Shown: positions 36,007 through 45,933 of the stretch, piece by piece
Layout: every line of letters begins with the position of its first letter
Numbering within the stretch: the first letter of the stretch is position 1
Virus record (IMG/VR): IMGVR_UViG_3300042940_001591
Source: a virus
Lineage: Duplodnaviria; Caudoviricetes
DNA: 64,000 bases
Strand: one strand, 5' to 3'
Translations under genes and position numbers: made by a program
Notes under the pieces: generated by a model
Databases searched by the model: none
Told to the model about the DNA's origin: nothing
Seen by the model: only the letters and a program-made list of their open reading frames with translations

Positions 36007-36651
36007 TTATTCATTAATGTTTGAAATAATTGATGATTTTGTTTTATATGCAACATTACAAACAGCATTTGCTAACATTTCACCAAATTGACTTGATTTT
36101 ATGTATTCAAATACCGTATTTCTTAAGAAATTCGCAGCCATTGAATCTTCTTCAGTACTTGATGAAATAATATATACCACTAATGATTCTGATAACGCAT
36201 CAGCAACAGTACTACCATGATATGAACAACTTTGTTTATCTCTAAAGACAGCAATTAAATCACTTAATGTCATTTCACTCATTGCAGTTGCCATTGCACT
36301 CACTAACGGACCTTTAAACCCTATTAGGTTTAATAATGTTGTTATTGCATATTCTTTAAATTGTGAAATGGCCCCACCACCTACTTTATCTAAAATACCA
36401 CTTCTTGTAGATGCATCTTGTGGATTTTGTTTGTTTGGTGTGAATAGTTTTTTTAACCAATCAAATTGTTCATTTACCACACCTTCTATTTGTTCATTGT
36501 CATATCCCTCATCTATCAATTTACCCAAATATTGTATGGTTAAACCAAATTTATCCTCATCATTTTCATTTAGAAAAATCCTCTCAAAGGATTCGTTTAT
36601 AGAATGCTTCTTTGAGAGGGTTTCACTTACTATTTTTTTAATATCTTTCAT
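36007..36651 (-). CDS. Hypothetical late protein
   Basis: 214-aa ORF. Confidence 0.7.
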   Translation of the reverse strand: MKDIKKIVSETLSKKHSINESFERIFLNENDEDKFGLTIQYLGKLIDEGYDNEQIEGVVNEQFDWLKKLFTPNKQNPQDASTRSGILDKVGGGAISQFKEYAITTLLNLIGFKGPLVSAMATAMSEMTLSDLIAVFRDKQSCSYHGSTVADALSESLVVYIISSSTEEDSMAANFLRNTVFEYIKSSQFGEMLANAVCNVAYKTKSSIISNINE

Positions 36652-36652
36652 A

Positions 36653-38494
36653 TTATTCTTCTCCTTGTAATTTCCACTTATATTTCATTGTTACATCTTC
36701 ATCGTCTCTATCTCCAGTTTCTCTTTGTTTCTTTTGAATATAACCTTGGTCTTTCAAATATTTATCTAAGATGTAATAGTCGTTACCTTCTAATTCAGGA
36801 CCTTTCCATTTAACAATAACACCATTACGTTTTTTAACTAAATTTTTACTAGCCAATAATTCTTGTAATCTGTTTCTATCGTATACAGGTTCGGCAGGTA
36901 CTGCTGGAGGTGTTATAGGTGCTGTTGTTGTGTTACCAGTTGTAGAACCTGTAGTTGTACCCGTTACTGAAGCGGTAGAACCTGTTGTAGAACCCGTGGT
37001 TGTACCCGTTGTAGATCCTGTTACTGGATTACAAGCTGAAATAATCTTATCATATGTTTCTTTTGTAATACCACCAGATAAATTATATTGTAAATCTTCT
37101 AAACCTTTTTTAGTCTTAGGTCCAAAATAACCTTTTTGTGGTGTGATACCTAAACATTTTTGTATTTCTGCAATTTTTGGTGAAATACATCCAAATTCAA
37201 ACGGAAAATCTTTTGTTGAACAATCTTGATAGTTTGGATTTGAACTTCCAGAACCTCCACTTCCAGAACCTCCGCCACCATCAACAGGTGCGGTTTCACC
37301 ATCCCAAGTAATATTAATGTTACCAATACCTGTATTTGGATTACCATCTCCTTGTTCTGCAATTACTGTTTGTGTACCTTTACAAGACCATCTACCTCTT
37401 TTTGATTGATCCTTCATGAATACTCTACCGTTATTGTAAAACCATAAACCACCCTTTCCATCATATTCAGAATTACCTGTTTTTGTAACTTGTACTACTG
37501 GATCTCCGCCCGTTGTATTTCTAATTGTTGTTCCGGTATCATCAATAACATCATCTAGACATTTACCAAATAATTGATCTCCAGGTTTTGTTGTTCCACC
37601 TTTAAAAAATTTCCAAAGATACCAACCACCTACACCAGCTAAACCTAACATAATCCAATATTTTGGACTTAATCTACCGGCAATTGCTTTAAACTTTTGC
37701 CATTTAGAAGGTTTCATTGTTTCAACAATGGCTTTGGATTCTTGAGCAACAACTTTAGCTTCTGGCGCAATTTCTTTAATTGCTTGTACTTCAGCATGTG
37801 TTACTGCGGCTCCTGCTTGTGTTCCTGCCGAACCTCCCTGAGTCATGGTAATGTTAACCTCATTTTTAATTGCGGCTTCTGCTTGTTGAGGTGTTTTAAC
37901 AGTTTCTAATTGTTTAATCTTCGCTTCTAAATCTGCAATTTTCTTTGTTTGATTAGCCGCTTTTTTTCCTTCTTTACTAACAACACCCGTTTCTAATTTT
38001 CTAGCCATCTCTTTAGATTCGGTTTGTGCTCTTAAGACTATATCATCAATTTCTTTAGTTGTTATATTTTTTCCTGATGCTTTTAATTCATTACTTTTTA
38101 ATGACATTTCTTTCATTGCCTTTAATTTAGAGGCTTCCTTTGCTGCAGGTCCCAATGTATTTGTTGTTGATATTCTTACTCCATTTTTCAAATCCAACTT
38201 TATTGCATCTTCAAGTTCTTTAGTTAATTGAGTAAGGTCTTTTGTTAATGCTGTTGCGATAACATTATCAGACAATTTAAATTCTTTACCCATTGCGGAA
38301 ATTATAGCAGTTTCCTTGGCTCCCGTAGCGGCATTTTTAAATCTATTTGCAATTTGTTGTCTTTGTTCTTCAACCTCAGTTGACTCATCTTCACTTACCA
38401 ACTTTAAAGCATTTAAATTTTCATTTAATGTTTTTTCATTATTATATGACATCATTAATTTAATTCTGTCAATTGTGTTTGTATTATTTTTCAT
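36653..38494 (-). CDS. Large TM protein with a peptidoglycan-binding-like motif
   Basis: Coiled N-terminus, TM (YWIMLGLAGVGGWYLW), EIQKCLG...GYFGPKT, G/T-rich linkers. Confidence 0.65.
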   Translation of the reverse strand: MKNNTNTIDRIKLMMSYNNEKTLNENLNALKLVSEDESTEVEEQRQQIANRFKNAATGAKETAIISAMGKEFKLSDNVIATALTKDLTQLTKELEDAIKLDLKNGVRISTTNTLGPAAKEASKLKAMKEMSLKSNELKASGKNITTKEIDDIVLRAQTESKEMARKLETGVVSKEGKKAANQTKKIADLEAKIKQLETVKTPQQAEAAIKNEVNITMTQGGSAGTQAGAAVTHAEVQAIKEIAPEAKVVAQESKAIVETMKPSKWQKFKAIAGRLSPKYWIMLGLAGVGGWYLWKFFKGGTTKPGDQLFGKCLDDVIDDTGTTIRNTTGGDPVVQVTKTGNSEYDGKGGLWFYNNGRVFMKDQSKRGRWSCKGTQTVIAEQGDGNPNTGIGNINITWDGETAPVDGGGGSGSGGSGSSNPNYQDCSTKDFPFEFGCISPKIAEIQKCLGITPQKGYFGPKTKKGLEDLQYNLSGGITKETYDKIISACNPVTGSTTGTTTGSTTGSTASVTGTTTGSTTGNTTTAPITPPAVPAEPVYDRNRLQELLASKNLVKKRNGVIVKWKGPELEGNDYYILDKYLKDQGYIQKKQRETGDRDDEDVTMKYKWKLQGEE

Positions 38495-38512
38495 ATATTA
38501 TAAATATTAAAT

Positions 38513-39700
38513 TTAATCAAATGGATCTTTACCATTATATTTAGTTCTAACTAATTCAGCATATTGGTCCGCTATCTTAGGGTCCATAGCAACACTCGCA
38601 CCTTTAGTTTCATGTCCGCCAATTACTTTCTCAAAACCATAAAGTACACCAGTGGTCTTCACACCGGCAGATGCTCCTGTACCTGCAGTTTGTCCCAATA
38701 ATCTTTGTAAACTTTCAGTAAATCTTGTTGATATGGATTTTAATCCACCTAAAATACCGTTAATAAAACTGGCACCTTTAGGAAATTTAGTTGCAAGTGT
38801 TTTCATTACTGATTGTAAAAGGGCTGGAACTTGTTTAATTCCGTCAACCATTGAGGTTATCATTCCTTTAACTTTTGGGTTTTTTTCAAAATATTGTGCA
38901 ATTCTTGCTGGACTATTTGCAATTGATTTAAGTGGCATTATCCCCGCTTTGGCTGCTTTAGCTGCGGCTGCCGCACTTACAAATCCTAATATATCAAAAC
39001 CAAAAAATAAACATTTTAACCAAAATGGGTTATTCTTTTCTTCCTCTGGCCAATCGTCACTTATTAATTGGTAAGCATCTAATGCAACAACCATTCCCCA
39101 AGCAATTTTTGCGGCACCGGCACCAACACCCGTTGCAATTAAAATTGCATCCACAATCATACCCAAATTACTATATAGAGCGTCTTTTAATTTTCTTAAA
39201 ACATACTTTACACCCTGACCTAATAATTTTAAAATACCCATCCATTCTCCCTGAGAAACTGCAAGTCCAAATTTCTTTACACCTTCATATGATGTTTTAA
39301 GAAAATCTGCAGTACTATCTCCGGCCTTTTTAAATTGTCTACCTAACCAAGTGTCTTGTAAAAATTCAAATTCAAGTAATATGTCTCTTAAACCATAAAG
39401 GTTTTGTTGTGATTCTAATATTGGTAAAGAGAGAATGTTTTCTCTTATTTGTGAATAACCTTCATCTTCTAATTTTATACTTTCAAAAATTGTTTTAAAC
39501 ACATCTAATGAACCCCAAAGGTTTCCTATTGTTCTTTGTTCTTGTATGTCAAATACTTCGTCTTGTATAACAAAATATCTTCCATCAACCGTAACACACG
39601 CTTCAAATATATAATCACGTTTTTTTGGTACAAATCCATGTATTGAGCTGATTCTATTCCTTTCAGATTCCGTTACTATATTTCTTGTTTGATAAACCAT
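38513..39700 (-). CDS. Hypothetical protein with hydrophobic helices
   Basis: 395 aa; Ala/Gly-rich membrane-like segments. Confidence 0.7.
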   Translation of the reverse strand: MVYQTRNIVTESERNRISSIHGFVPKKRDYIFEACVTVDGRYFVIQDEVFDIQEQRTIGNLWGSLDVFKTIFESIKLEDEGYSQIRENILSLPILESQQNLYGLRDILLEFEFLQDTWLGRQFKKAGDSTADFLKTSYEGVKKFGLAVSQGEWMGILKLLGQGVKYVLRKLKDALYSNLGMIVDAILIATGVGAGAAKIAWGMVVALDAYQLISDDWPEEEKNNPFWLKCLFFGFDILGFVSAAAAAKAAKAGIMPLKSIANSPARIAQYFEKNPKVKGMITSMVDGIKQVPALLQSVMKTLATKFPKGASFINGILGGLKSISTRFTESLQRLLGQTAGTGASAGVKTTGVLYGFEKVIGGHETKGASVAMDPKIADQYAELVRTKYNGKDPFD

Positions 39701-39738
39701 TATTTTTTTTTTATTTCTATATAAATATCCGTAATTTC

Positions 39739-39996
39739 TTATTTTAATGGATTAGCCTTACCTCTTTTTAAATTAGCACCAACAATATCAGCCCACTTTG
39801 TAACCCCAATTTGATTGGCGGGACCTCTTTCTATACCAGTTTCCCATTTACCAACCTCAGGGTATCCTTGACCACCAGCTTGGGTGCCTGACGTACCTGG
39901 CGACGGTTCACTAGCAACATCCCCCTGTTCTTCAAGTTCTTGATTTTCAGTTGACACTATCAATTTTAATTGTTTTTCGTTAATTACCATTCTCAT
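39739..39996 (-). CDS. Small late protein
   Basis: MRMVINEKQLK leader; TATTTATA at 40001-40008. Confidence 0.7.
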   Translation of the reverse strand: MRMVINEKQLKLIVSTENQELEEQGDVASEPSPGTSGTQAGGQGYPEVGKWETGIERGPANQIGVTKWADIVGANLKRGKANPLK

Positions 39997-40077
39997 AATA
40001 TATAAATACCTAAAAAAATCTTTGAAATTGATTATGATATACCAAAAAATACCTATTTTTGCTTAAAATATAAAGAC

Positions 40078-40641
40078 ATGAGGAAATTAATATCAATTTT
40101 AGTTGTTTTTACCCTATTTGGGTGTGAGAAGTATGAATTAGAATCTCCGCCCAGATTAACGGGAGGTAAATGGATATTCACCGACTATGAGGTCACGGTT
40201 ATAAGTGCAATTAGTAACGTTAAGGTCATTAAAACGGATACGGTGTGTATTACTTTTTTTAATATACAACAATTAACCGATAGTAATCTGATATTAAAAC
40301 AAGACTATTCAAAAACCGCAGTAGATAGACGTTTTATAAAAGGTAAAACCACATGGGAGTTTGATAGTAATAATAAACAACTGTATTGCGATTATCAACA
40401 AATGGTAGGTAATGTTAAACCTGAACCATTTTGGGTAAATCTTTCGTTATATGATAATAATTTAGAGGTAATGAATACCGCCAACGGTGCGGTGACAAAT
40501 TATACATATAGAGCAAATGATGTAGGGTATCCAAGAACTTTAACATTACTTAGTCCTCCGATTGTTACGGATTTATATATGTCTAATGGTGCAAGAGACA
40601 AAGCCGCAACTGTAAGAGTTACTTTATATTTTTCAAGATAA
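40078..40641 (+). CDS. Lipoprotein
   Basis: FTLFGC lipobox; beta-rich body. Confidence 0.75.
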   Translation: MRKLISILVVFTLFGCEKYELESPPRLTGGKWIFTDYEVTVISAISNVKVIKTDTVCITFFNIQQLTDSNLILKQDYSKTAVDRRFIKGKTTWEFDSNNKQLYCDYQQMVGNVKPEPFWVNLSLYDNNLEVMNTANGAVTNYTYRANDVGYPRTLTLLSPPIVTDLYMSNGARDKAATVRVTLYFSR

Positions 40642-40642
40642 T

Positions 40643-41479
40643 ATGAGAAGATTATTAATCTTATTAGTTGTAATATCTTCTTGTCAAAAAGAAGATATAA
40701 ACACAAGAAATGTTGTTTCTGTAGAAAAAACAAAAGATAGTGTTATTGGTTATTCATGTTCGGATACCATCAATTATGATGTTTTCAACGGTATTAGATT
40801 TGTTAATAATAACACATATGGTAATAAATCATATGGTTCGCTTATTGTTAATAAAATAAATGGTTATCCTGTCTGTGATGGTAATGAATCATCCAGATTT
40901 GAATTAAAACCGGGTGATTGTGGTGGAGGTGTTGGATATGATGATTGTTCAACAGGTAGAAGTAGAAGTGAAATTAGGGAGGATTGGGTTAATCCATCTA
41001 CCGTCCTTGGGAAAACCATTATATACACAGAGAATGTTTTTATACCCACCCAAAACAACTTTAAACCAACAAAAGACGGTTTATTGGTATTGAGTCAAGT
41101 CCATTGGGACGGTGGTGACGGGACTGTTGGTTCTTTAGCTTATTTGGTGATGGAAAAAAATAATAATTTGCTGATTAGAACACATAAAGAATTTACTTGG
41201 ATTGGTTTACATGATTATGTAATAACAAATAACCCATATGATAAATGGATTAACATAAAATACGAAGTTAAAGTCTCGGATAAATCTGATGGATACATTA
41301 AAGTTTATGTAAATGATAAGTTACTTTTTATTGAGGGTCGACCTACAGTTAGTAACCCAACAAAGTGTTCAATTCAAATGAAATTGGGGATTTATAATAC
41401 ATTTATAAACAACAATTTACCAACTCAATATTATAATCAAATCTTATATATTGATGGTGTTAGTAAAACCATTAATTAA
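40643..41479 (+). CDS. Lipoprotein with a polysaccharide-lyase-like jelly-roll
   Basis: VISSC lipobox; SRFEL...RSEI, LSQVH, KW...DGYIKVYVND, MKLGIYN. Confidence 0.7.
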   Translation: MRRLLILLVVISSCQKEDINTRNVVSVEKTKDSVIGYSCSDTINYDVFNGIRFVNNNTYGNKSYGSLIVNKINGYPVCDGNESSRFELKPGDCGGGVGYDDCSTGRSRSEIREDWVNPSTVLGKTIIYTENVFIPTQNNFKPTKDGLLVLSQVHWDGGDGTVGSLAYLVMEKNNNLLIRTHKEFTWIGLHDYVITNNPYDKWINIKYEVKVSDKSDGYIKVYVNDKLLFIEGRPTVSNPTKCSIQMKLGIYNTFINNNLPTQYYNQILYIDGVSKTIN

Positions 41480-41844
41480 TCTTCGTAAATGGTTGGGTCT
41501 TCTTTTGAATACAATTTAATGTATTGACCGGCTTTGGCGTTCGCTTCATCTTCAATTTCACCACCAATATCGGGAGGTCTTTGTTCTAAACGACCATCTT
41601 CGAACTGTTTGTGGTGAACCATTTCGTGAGCCACACTTCTCATAATATCAACCAATGCACGATTTTTACCATATACCTTGATAATTTTATTTTCTTTGGT
41701 ATAGTCATAATTTGCGGTCGTTTTTAATCCATCCCTATTACCTTTAATGGAAATAGTGGGAACTGTCTTAAGTTCCAATTGGTTTTTTACGAACTTTACG
41801 AACGCAGTTAACTTCTCCTTATTATCGTCGGTTAAAAATCCCAT
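41476..41844 (-). CDS. HExxH zincin-like protein
   Basis: SVAHEMVHHKQ...EDEANAKAG. Confidence 0.7.
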   Translation of the reverse strand: MGFLTDDNKEKLTAFVKFVKNQLELKTVPTISIKGNRDGLKTTANYDYTKENKIIKVYGKNRALVDIMRSVAHEMVHHKQFEDGRLEQRPPDIGGEIEDEANAKAGQYIKLYSKEDPTIYED

Positions 41845-41856
41845 ATTTAATAAATA

Positions 41857-42105
41857 TCACAAAGTTTTTTCTTCTGGTAAATCATTTTCTTTACCGTATT
41901 GAGTAATTAATTCTTTTACAAAATCTTCATCGATATCTTCCATATCCTCCTCAACAATTATTTCGGGAGAATAGTATTCAACATCCTCAAATCCAAGATT
42001 TAGAACTCGATAGAAATTATCACTATCATCATCTGTTGAAAACTCAATGTACAACCTCCTGTTGTCATCATTGTAATAGAATTCGTGTATAATCATTGTA
42101 AACAA
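41857..42105 (-). CDS. Small acidic protein
   Basis: 82-aa ORF. Confidence 0.6.
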   Translation of the reverse strand: MFTMIIHEFYYNDDNRRLYIEFSTDDDSDNFYRVLNLGFEDVEYYSPEIIVEEDMEDIDEDFVKELITQYGKENDLPEEKTL

Positions 42106-42182
42106 TCATAATTATATTGATTTTATTGAAAAAACAAAAAATACAATATACAAAGTACTATAAATGCATTATAATTAATAAT

Positions 42183-42509
42183 ATGATAGATTGGTATAGT
42201 GTTGAATATTTGTATCCTTCCTCATTTAAGAAATTTACAAATGTAATGTTTCCTAATGTGGGAGTTTTAAGTTTATCAACTTTGGAATTTTATGACACAA
42301 AAAAACTTTATTATTTTTTTGATAAAGAAGGTGTATATTTGACTATTGAAATGTATAACCCTCACCAATGGGTATTTTCAATATCGTTGGCTAATGGGGT
42401 GGTATTTGGCCCAACTCAGGATTCTAAGACGACCAGAAGTGAGGTGGAATATGATGGATTTTTAGAGTGTTTTAGAATCTTAGATAAATTAATAAGAGAT
42501 AAACAATAG
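42183..42509 (+). CDS. Hypothetical protein
   Basis: Start moved to MIDWY at 42183. Confidence 0.6.
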   Translation: MIDWYSVEYLYPSSFKKFTNVMFPNVGVLSLSTLEFYDTKKLYYFFDKEGVYLTIEMYNPHQWVFSISLANGVVFGPTQDSKTTRSEVEYDGFLECFRILDKLIRDKQ

Positions 42510-42523
42510 AATGTATTTATAAT

Positions 42524-42814
42524 ATGAATTTTAATTTTTTATTACAGGCAACAAGAGTTTTAAATGTTGGAAATTATGATGAGGAGGAGTTAATCATGAT
42601 TTATGATTTTATCACTTCTCTTGACAATGACATATTAAATGATTATAATAATACATGTACCATCTTATCATATGATAATGATTTAGAATTATACATAGAA
42701 ATAATAGATTCGTTAATATTAGTTTTTGAGGAAAGAGAAGAATATGAAAAATGTGAAAAACTTAAAAATAAAAAAGACGATTCAATTGAAATAATAAACG
42801 CTAATACAATTTAA
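42524..42814 (+). CDS. Hypothetical protein with a UVR-like tail
   Basis: EEREEYEKCEKLK; TATTTATA at 42514. Confidence 0.6.
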   Translation: MNFNFLLQATRVLNVGNYDEEELIMIYDFITSLDNDILNDYNNTCTILSYDNDLELYIEIIDSLILVFEEREEYEKCEKLKNKKDDSIEIINANTI

Positions 42815-42815
42815 T

Positions 42816-42959
42816 ATGGGAGTATTTGGAATGTCTGAAGAAGAGAAAAAGAAAATCTCTAATCAACACAAAATCGCAATGAAAAAAGACGGTGAGAAAA
42901 AAGGTGAGCTAAAAAAAGGTTTACAAAAACCAGAAGAAAAAAAGAAAACCCCAAAATAG
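42816..42959 (+). CDS. Small basic protein (absent from the ORF track)
   Basis: MGVFGMSEEEKKKISNQHKIAMKKDGEKKGELKKGLQKPEEKKKTPK*. Confidence 0.5.
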   Translation: MGVFGMSEEEKKKISNQHKIAMKKDGEKKGELKKGLQKPEEKKKTPK

Positions 42960-42973
42960 GGGTTTTTTTATTA

Positions 42974-45313
42974 TTAGTTTTCTCTTCTCTCATTACTTGA
43001 ATAATGTTCAAACCTATCGTGTTCTGTGGGGGATGCTAATAATAGTCCCGGCTTTATGTTGTTTTTTAATGTCTCTTGAAATATATGGGACATCCATGTT
43101 TGTTCAAACGGGCTATCCCATTTAATTGCCAAAAACATTTTCCTATTCCCCTCTTTGGATACAACTTGAGGCCAATTGCAATAATAAATCTCACCGGTTA
43201 TATATGGAACAGATCTATGGATTTTAATATTTTTAAAATTTGTGTAAGGTGCGTAATTGTGGTCATTATTCGTTTTGACAGGTTTTTCAGGAAACAATTT
43301 AGATCTAGTGTCAATAGATACGTTATGCCAAGACCATTGTCTACTATTACTACCAAAAAATTCAGTAAAATTCCATTTTAGAAAATCAAAGTTTTCGGTC
43401 CAAGCAATATCCATCATGACATTGTAAAAATCTTTTATTTTTCTTTTAAAACCGTTTTTACAAAATTCATCAGGACCTAAATAAAAAAACATATCATCTT
43501 CAAAAAACATATGATAATCAAATCCATTCTCTTCCGAATGTTCCGAAATAAATTGTCTTCCACCACAAATACCCAAATTATCTTTCTTTATTTCTTCAAA
43601 ACCATACTTCGTACACAATGTTGAATATTCAACATCCGTTTCTCTATTTAATGAATTATTTAATAAAAACTTCTTTGGTCTGTCTAAAAAATTTCTATCA
43701 TACAATTCAAAAGACATACATAATTTTTCAAATTGTTTTGGTGAGTTATATGTCATTACATATAGTGCAACATTTTCTTTACTATGTGGGTTAATTTGAA
43801 CCACACTTGATTTTTCTTGTTTTGCTAATAACGTGTCATTTTTTAAATTCTCAAAAAACACACCCAATAATCCATCTTGACCAATTTCATAATATTGTAC
43901 TAATTCAGGATACTTGTATGTAATAATAGTAAAAAGACTTTCCTCAGTTCCCATCAATCCATTGGATAATGTGTCGTTCATCAATGAGTAATATATTTCA
44001 TTGATTTTACTAATCATATGTTTAGGACCACCAAATATTCCGCCTCTTGCAACTTTATTTACTTCGTCTTCAGAATATCTACACATCTCATCATATTTGA
44101 AACCGTGTATTTCAACTTTACCATCATATGAAAAACAAACAAATGTAAACTTGTTGAAATTCTTACTTATATTATTGGTAATTTTATCTTTCCAAAAATA
44201 ACCCTCGTGTACCGTATTTGTAATTGCACCATCCACCCAAACTAAATGAGATGAGTTGAATGGGTCCATTATTGATGCATCATTTAAAAGAAACACTTTT
44301 GACATGACAATTGGGTTATACATTTCCAATTTTGCTTGAGTACTTTCAGGTAACCATCCAGATGTATTAAACCAATCTGGATTATTTCTTATTTTTTGAA
44401 TCTTATCAAAGAATTCACTTTTCTTAAACCATTCTAGTTCCCTAACAATTATTAATGTATTCTCTCTAGCTCTACGTTCCTCAACAAATGACCTATACTT
44501 CTCCTCAATATAAATTATCATGTTATCATCTGTCTTCATCAAATTAGACAAATGATTTAAGTAATGGTCAAATTTTCTACTCCAACCTTCAGTAAGTTCT
44601 TCTCTTTTAATATCCCAAATACCAGTGACAATTGTTGTCCCACCATATTTAACTTCACCATTGGGTCTTTTAGGTATTTTATTTTCAATTATACCATTTT
44701 TTCTATACACCCCTAATTGTTCACAAACTTCTTCTACAGTATAATCAACTCCCTTTTCTTTAAAAACATCTTCTATTGCAGCACGAACGCCTGGTAAATC
44801 ATTTCTTTGGTAATCATGAAAACAAATATAACCTCCATCAGTAACTCTATCAAAAACTTTACTTAAACTATCATATATTGAATCGTAAAAATCACCATCT
44901 AAAAAAGCAAAAGATATTTTTTCAGGTATTTTATCTTCAGGAACGTTCTTAAACCAATCCTTATGTATTATAGGTAATGGTAGATTATTCTGTTCGAAGT
45001 TTGAGATTAATACTTCTTCACTACTTTTTAGTGTTCCGGCTCTCCACCCGCTATTTTCTTCCCATTTAGATAATGGAGGTAGACCTTCAAAAGAATCGTA
45101 AACAAAAAGTTTTTTATTTGAATTTGATTCTAACAATGTCTTCATTAGGTATTTGCTAGACTCCCCAACATAACACCCAAACTCAACAACGTCACCCTCG
45201 ACATTATTATCGATAGAATCTAACAAATAGAAAACCAAATTTTTTATTTGTTCGTCATTAATAATTGACGAATCTATTTTTTTATTTGTAAAAGATAATA
45301 TATTCTCTATCAT
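42974..45313 (-). CDS. TylF-like O-methyltransferase fused to HtrL-like and GT-A-like domains
   Basis: GDVVEFGCYVGES, YDSFEGLP, AFLDGDFYDS; TIVTGIWDI...WVDG; FFEDDMF. Confidence 0.8.
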   Translation of the reverse strand: MIENILSFTNKKIDSSIINDEQIKNLVFYLLDSIDNNVEGDVVEFGCYVGESSKYLMKTLLESNSNKKLFVYDSFEGLPPLSKWEENSGWRAGTLKSSEEVLISNFEQNNLPLPIIHKDWFKNVPEDKIPEKISFAFLDGDFYDSIYDSLSKVFDRVTDGGYICFHDYQRNDLPGVRAAIEDVFKEKGVDYTVEEVCEQLGVYRKNGIIENKIPKRPNGEVKYGGTTIVTGIWDIKREELTEGWSRKFDHYLNHLSNLMKTDDNMIIYIEEKYRSFVEERRARENTLIIVRELEWFKKSEFFDKIQKIRNNPDWFNTSGWLPESTQAKLEMYNPIVMSKVFLLNDASIMDPFNSSHLVWVDGAITNTVHEGYFWKDKITNNISKNFNKFTFVCFSYDGKVEIHGFKYDEMCRYSEDEVNKVARGGIFGGPKHMISKINEIYYSLMNDTLSNGLMGTEESLFTIITYKYPELVQYYEIGQDGLLGVFFENLKNDTLLAKQEKSSVVQINPHSKENVALYVMTYNSPKQFEKLCMSFELYDRNFLDRPKKFLLNNSLNRETDVEYSTLCTKYGFEEIKKDNLGICGGRQFISEHSEENGFDYHMFFEDDMFFYLGPDEFCKNGFKRKIKDFYNVMMDIAWTENFDFLKWNFTEFFGSNSRQWSWHNVSIDTRSKLFPEKPVKTNNDHNYAPYTNFKNIKIHRSVPYITGEIYYCNWPQVVSKEGNRKMFLAIKWDSPFEQTWMSHIFQETLKNNIKPGLLLASPTEHDRFEHYSSNERREN

Positions 45314-45930
45314 TATTTAATATCATTTAATGAACATGGAATTAAAAATTCATGTGGTCCGGTTATGTAAGATTTTCTTTGTCTGTTTTCATCCAAATAT
45401 GTTCTGGTTAAATCATCTGATGGATGATAATGATAATATTTTAAATCTTTACTTGGGTTATATACATTTTTATTAAAATTATGCATTAACCATGCTGCCA
45501 TCCTATTATCACCTCCAGGCACACCAAAAGGTATTTCTTCATATTCGTCTAAATTAATAGAACCATAAAATATAAAGACATCTTGCGAATCCTTTGCATT
45601 AAAAAACCAAATATGGTTTTCATTAACATAATTCCATCTTGTTAATCCTAAACATAGTTTTTCTTTTTCTTTGTAATTCGTATATAGATTACGTAACTCA
45701 GTTAAAAATGTCTCATCAAAAAAATTATCGGGATTAGCAATTATGTTTATATCGTTTGGATATTTTTCTATTTCTTTTAAAAAATTATTAAAAGTTGGTC
45801 TCTTTGATGTATCAATAATGTAATTATCAAAACTTAAATTTTTATTTATTTGATAACAATAATCAAATTCAGATTCTCTTATTTCATTTTTGGGTTCGTA
45901 AAACCACCCCGTAAATAAATTAACTTTCAT
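45313..45930 (-). CDS. Glycosyltransferase-like protein
   Basis: IIANPDNFFD, LTRW, SQDVFIF, PGGDNR. Confidence 0.55.
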   Translation of the reverse strand: MKVNLFTGWFYEPKNEIRESEFDYCYQINKNLSFDNYIIDTSKRPTFNNFLKEIEKYPNDINIIANPDNFFDETFLTELRNLYTNYKEKEKLCLGLTRWNYVNENHIWFFNAKDSQDVFIFYGSINLDEYEEIPFGVPGGDNRMAAWLMHNFNKNVYNPSKDLKYYHYHPSDDLTRTYLDENRQRKSYITGPHEFLIPCSLNDIK

Positions 45931-45933
45931 ATA

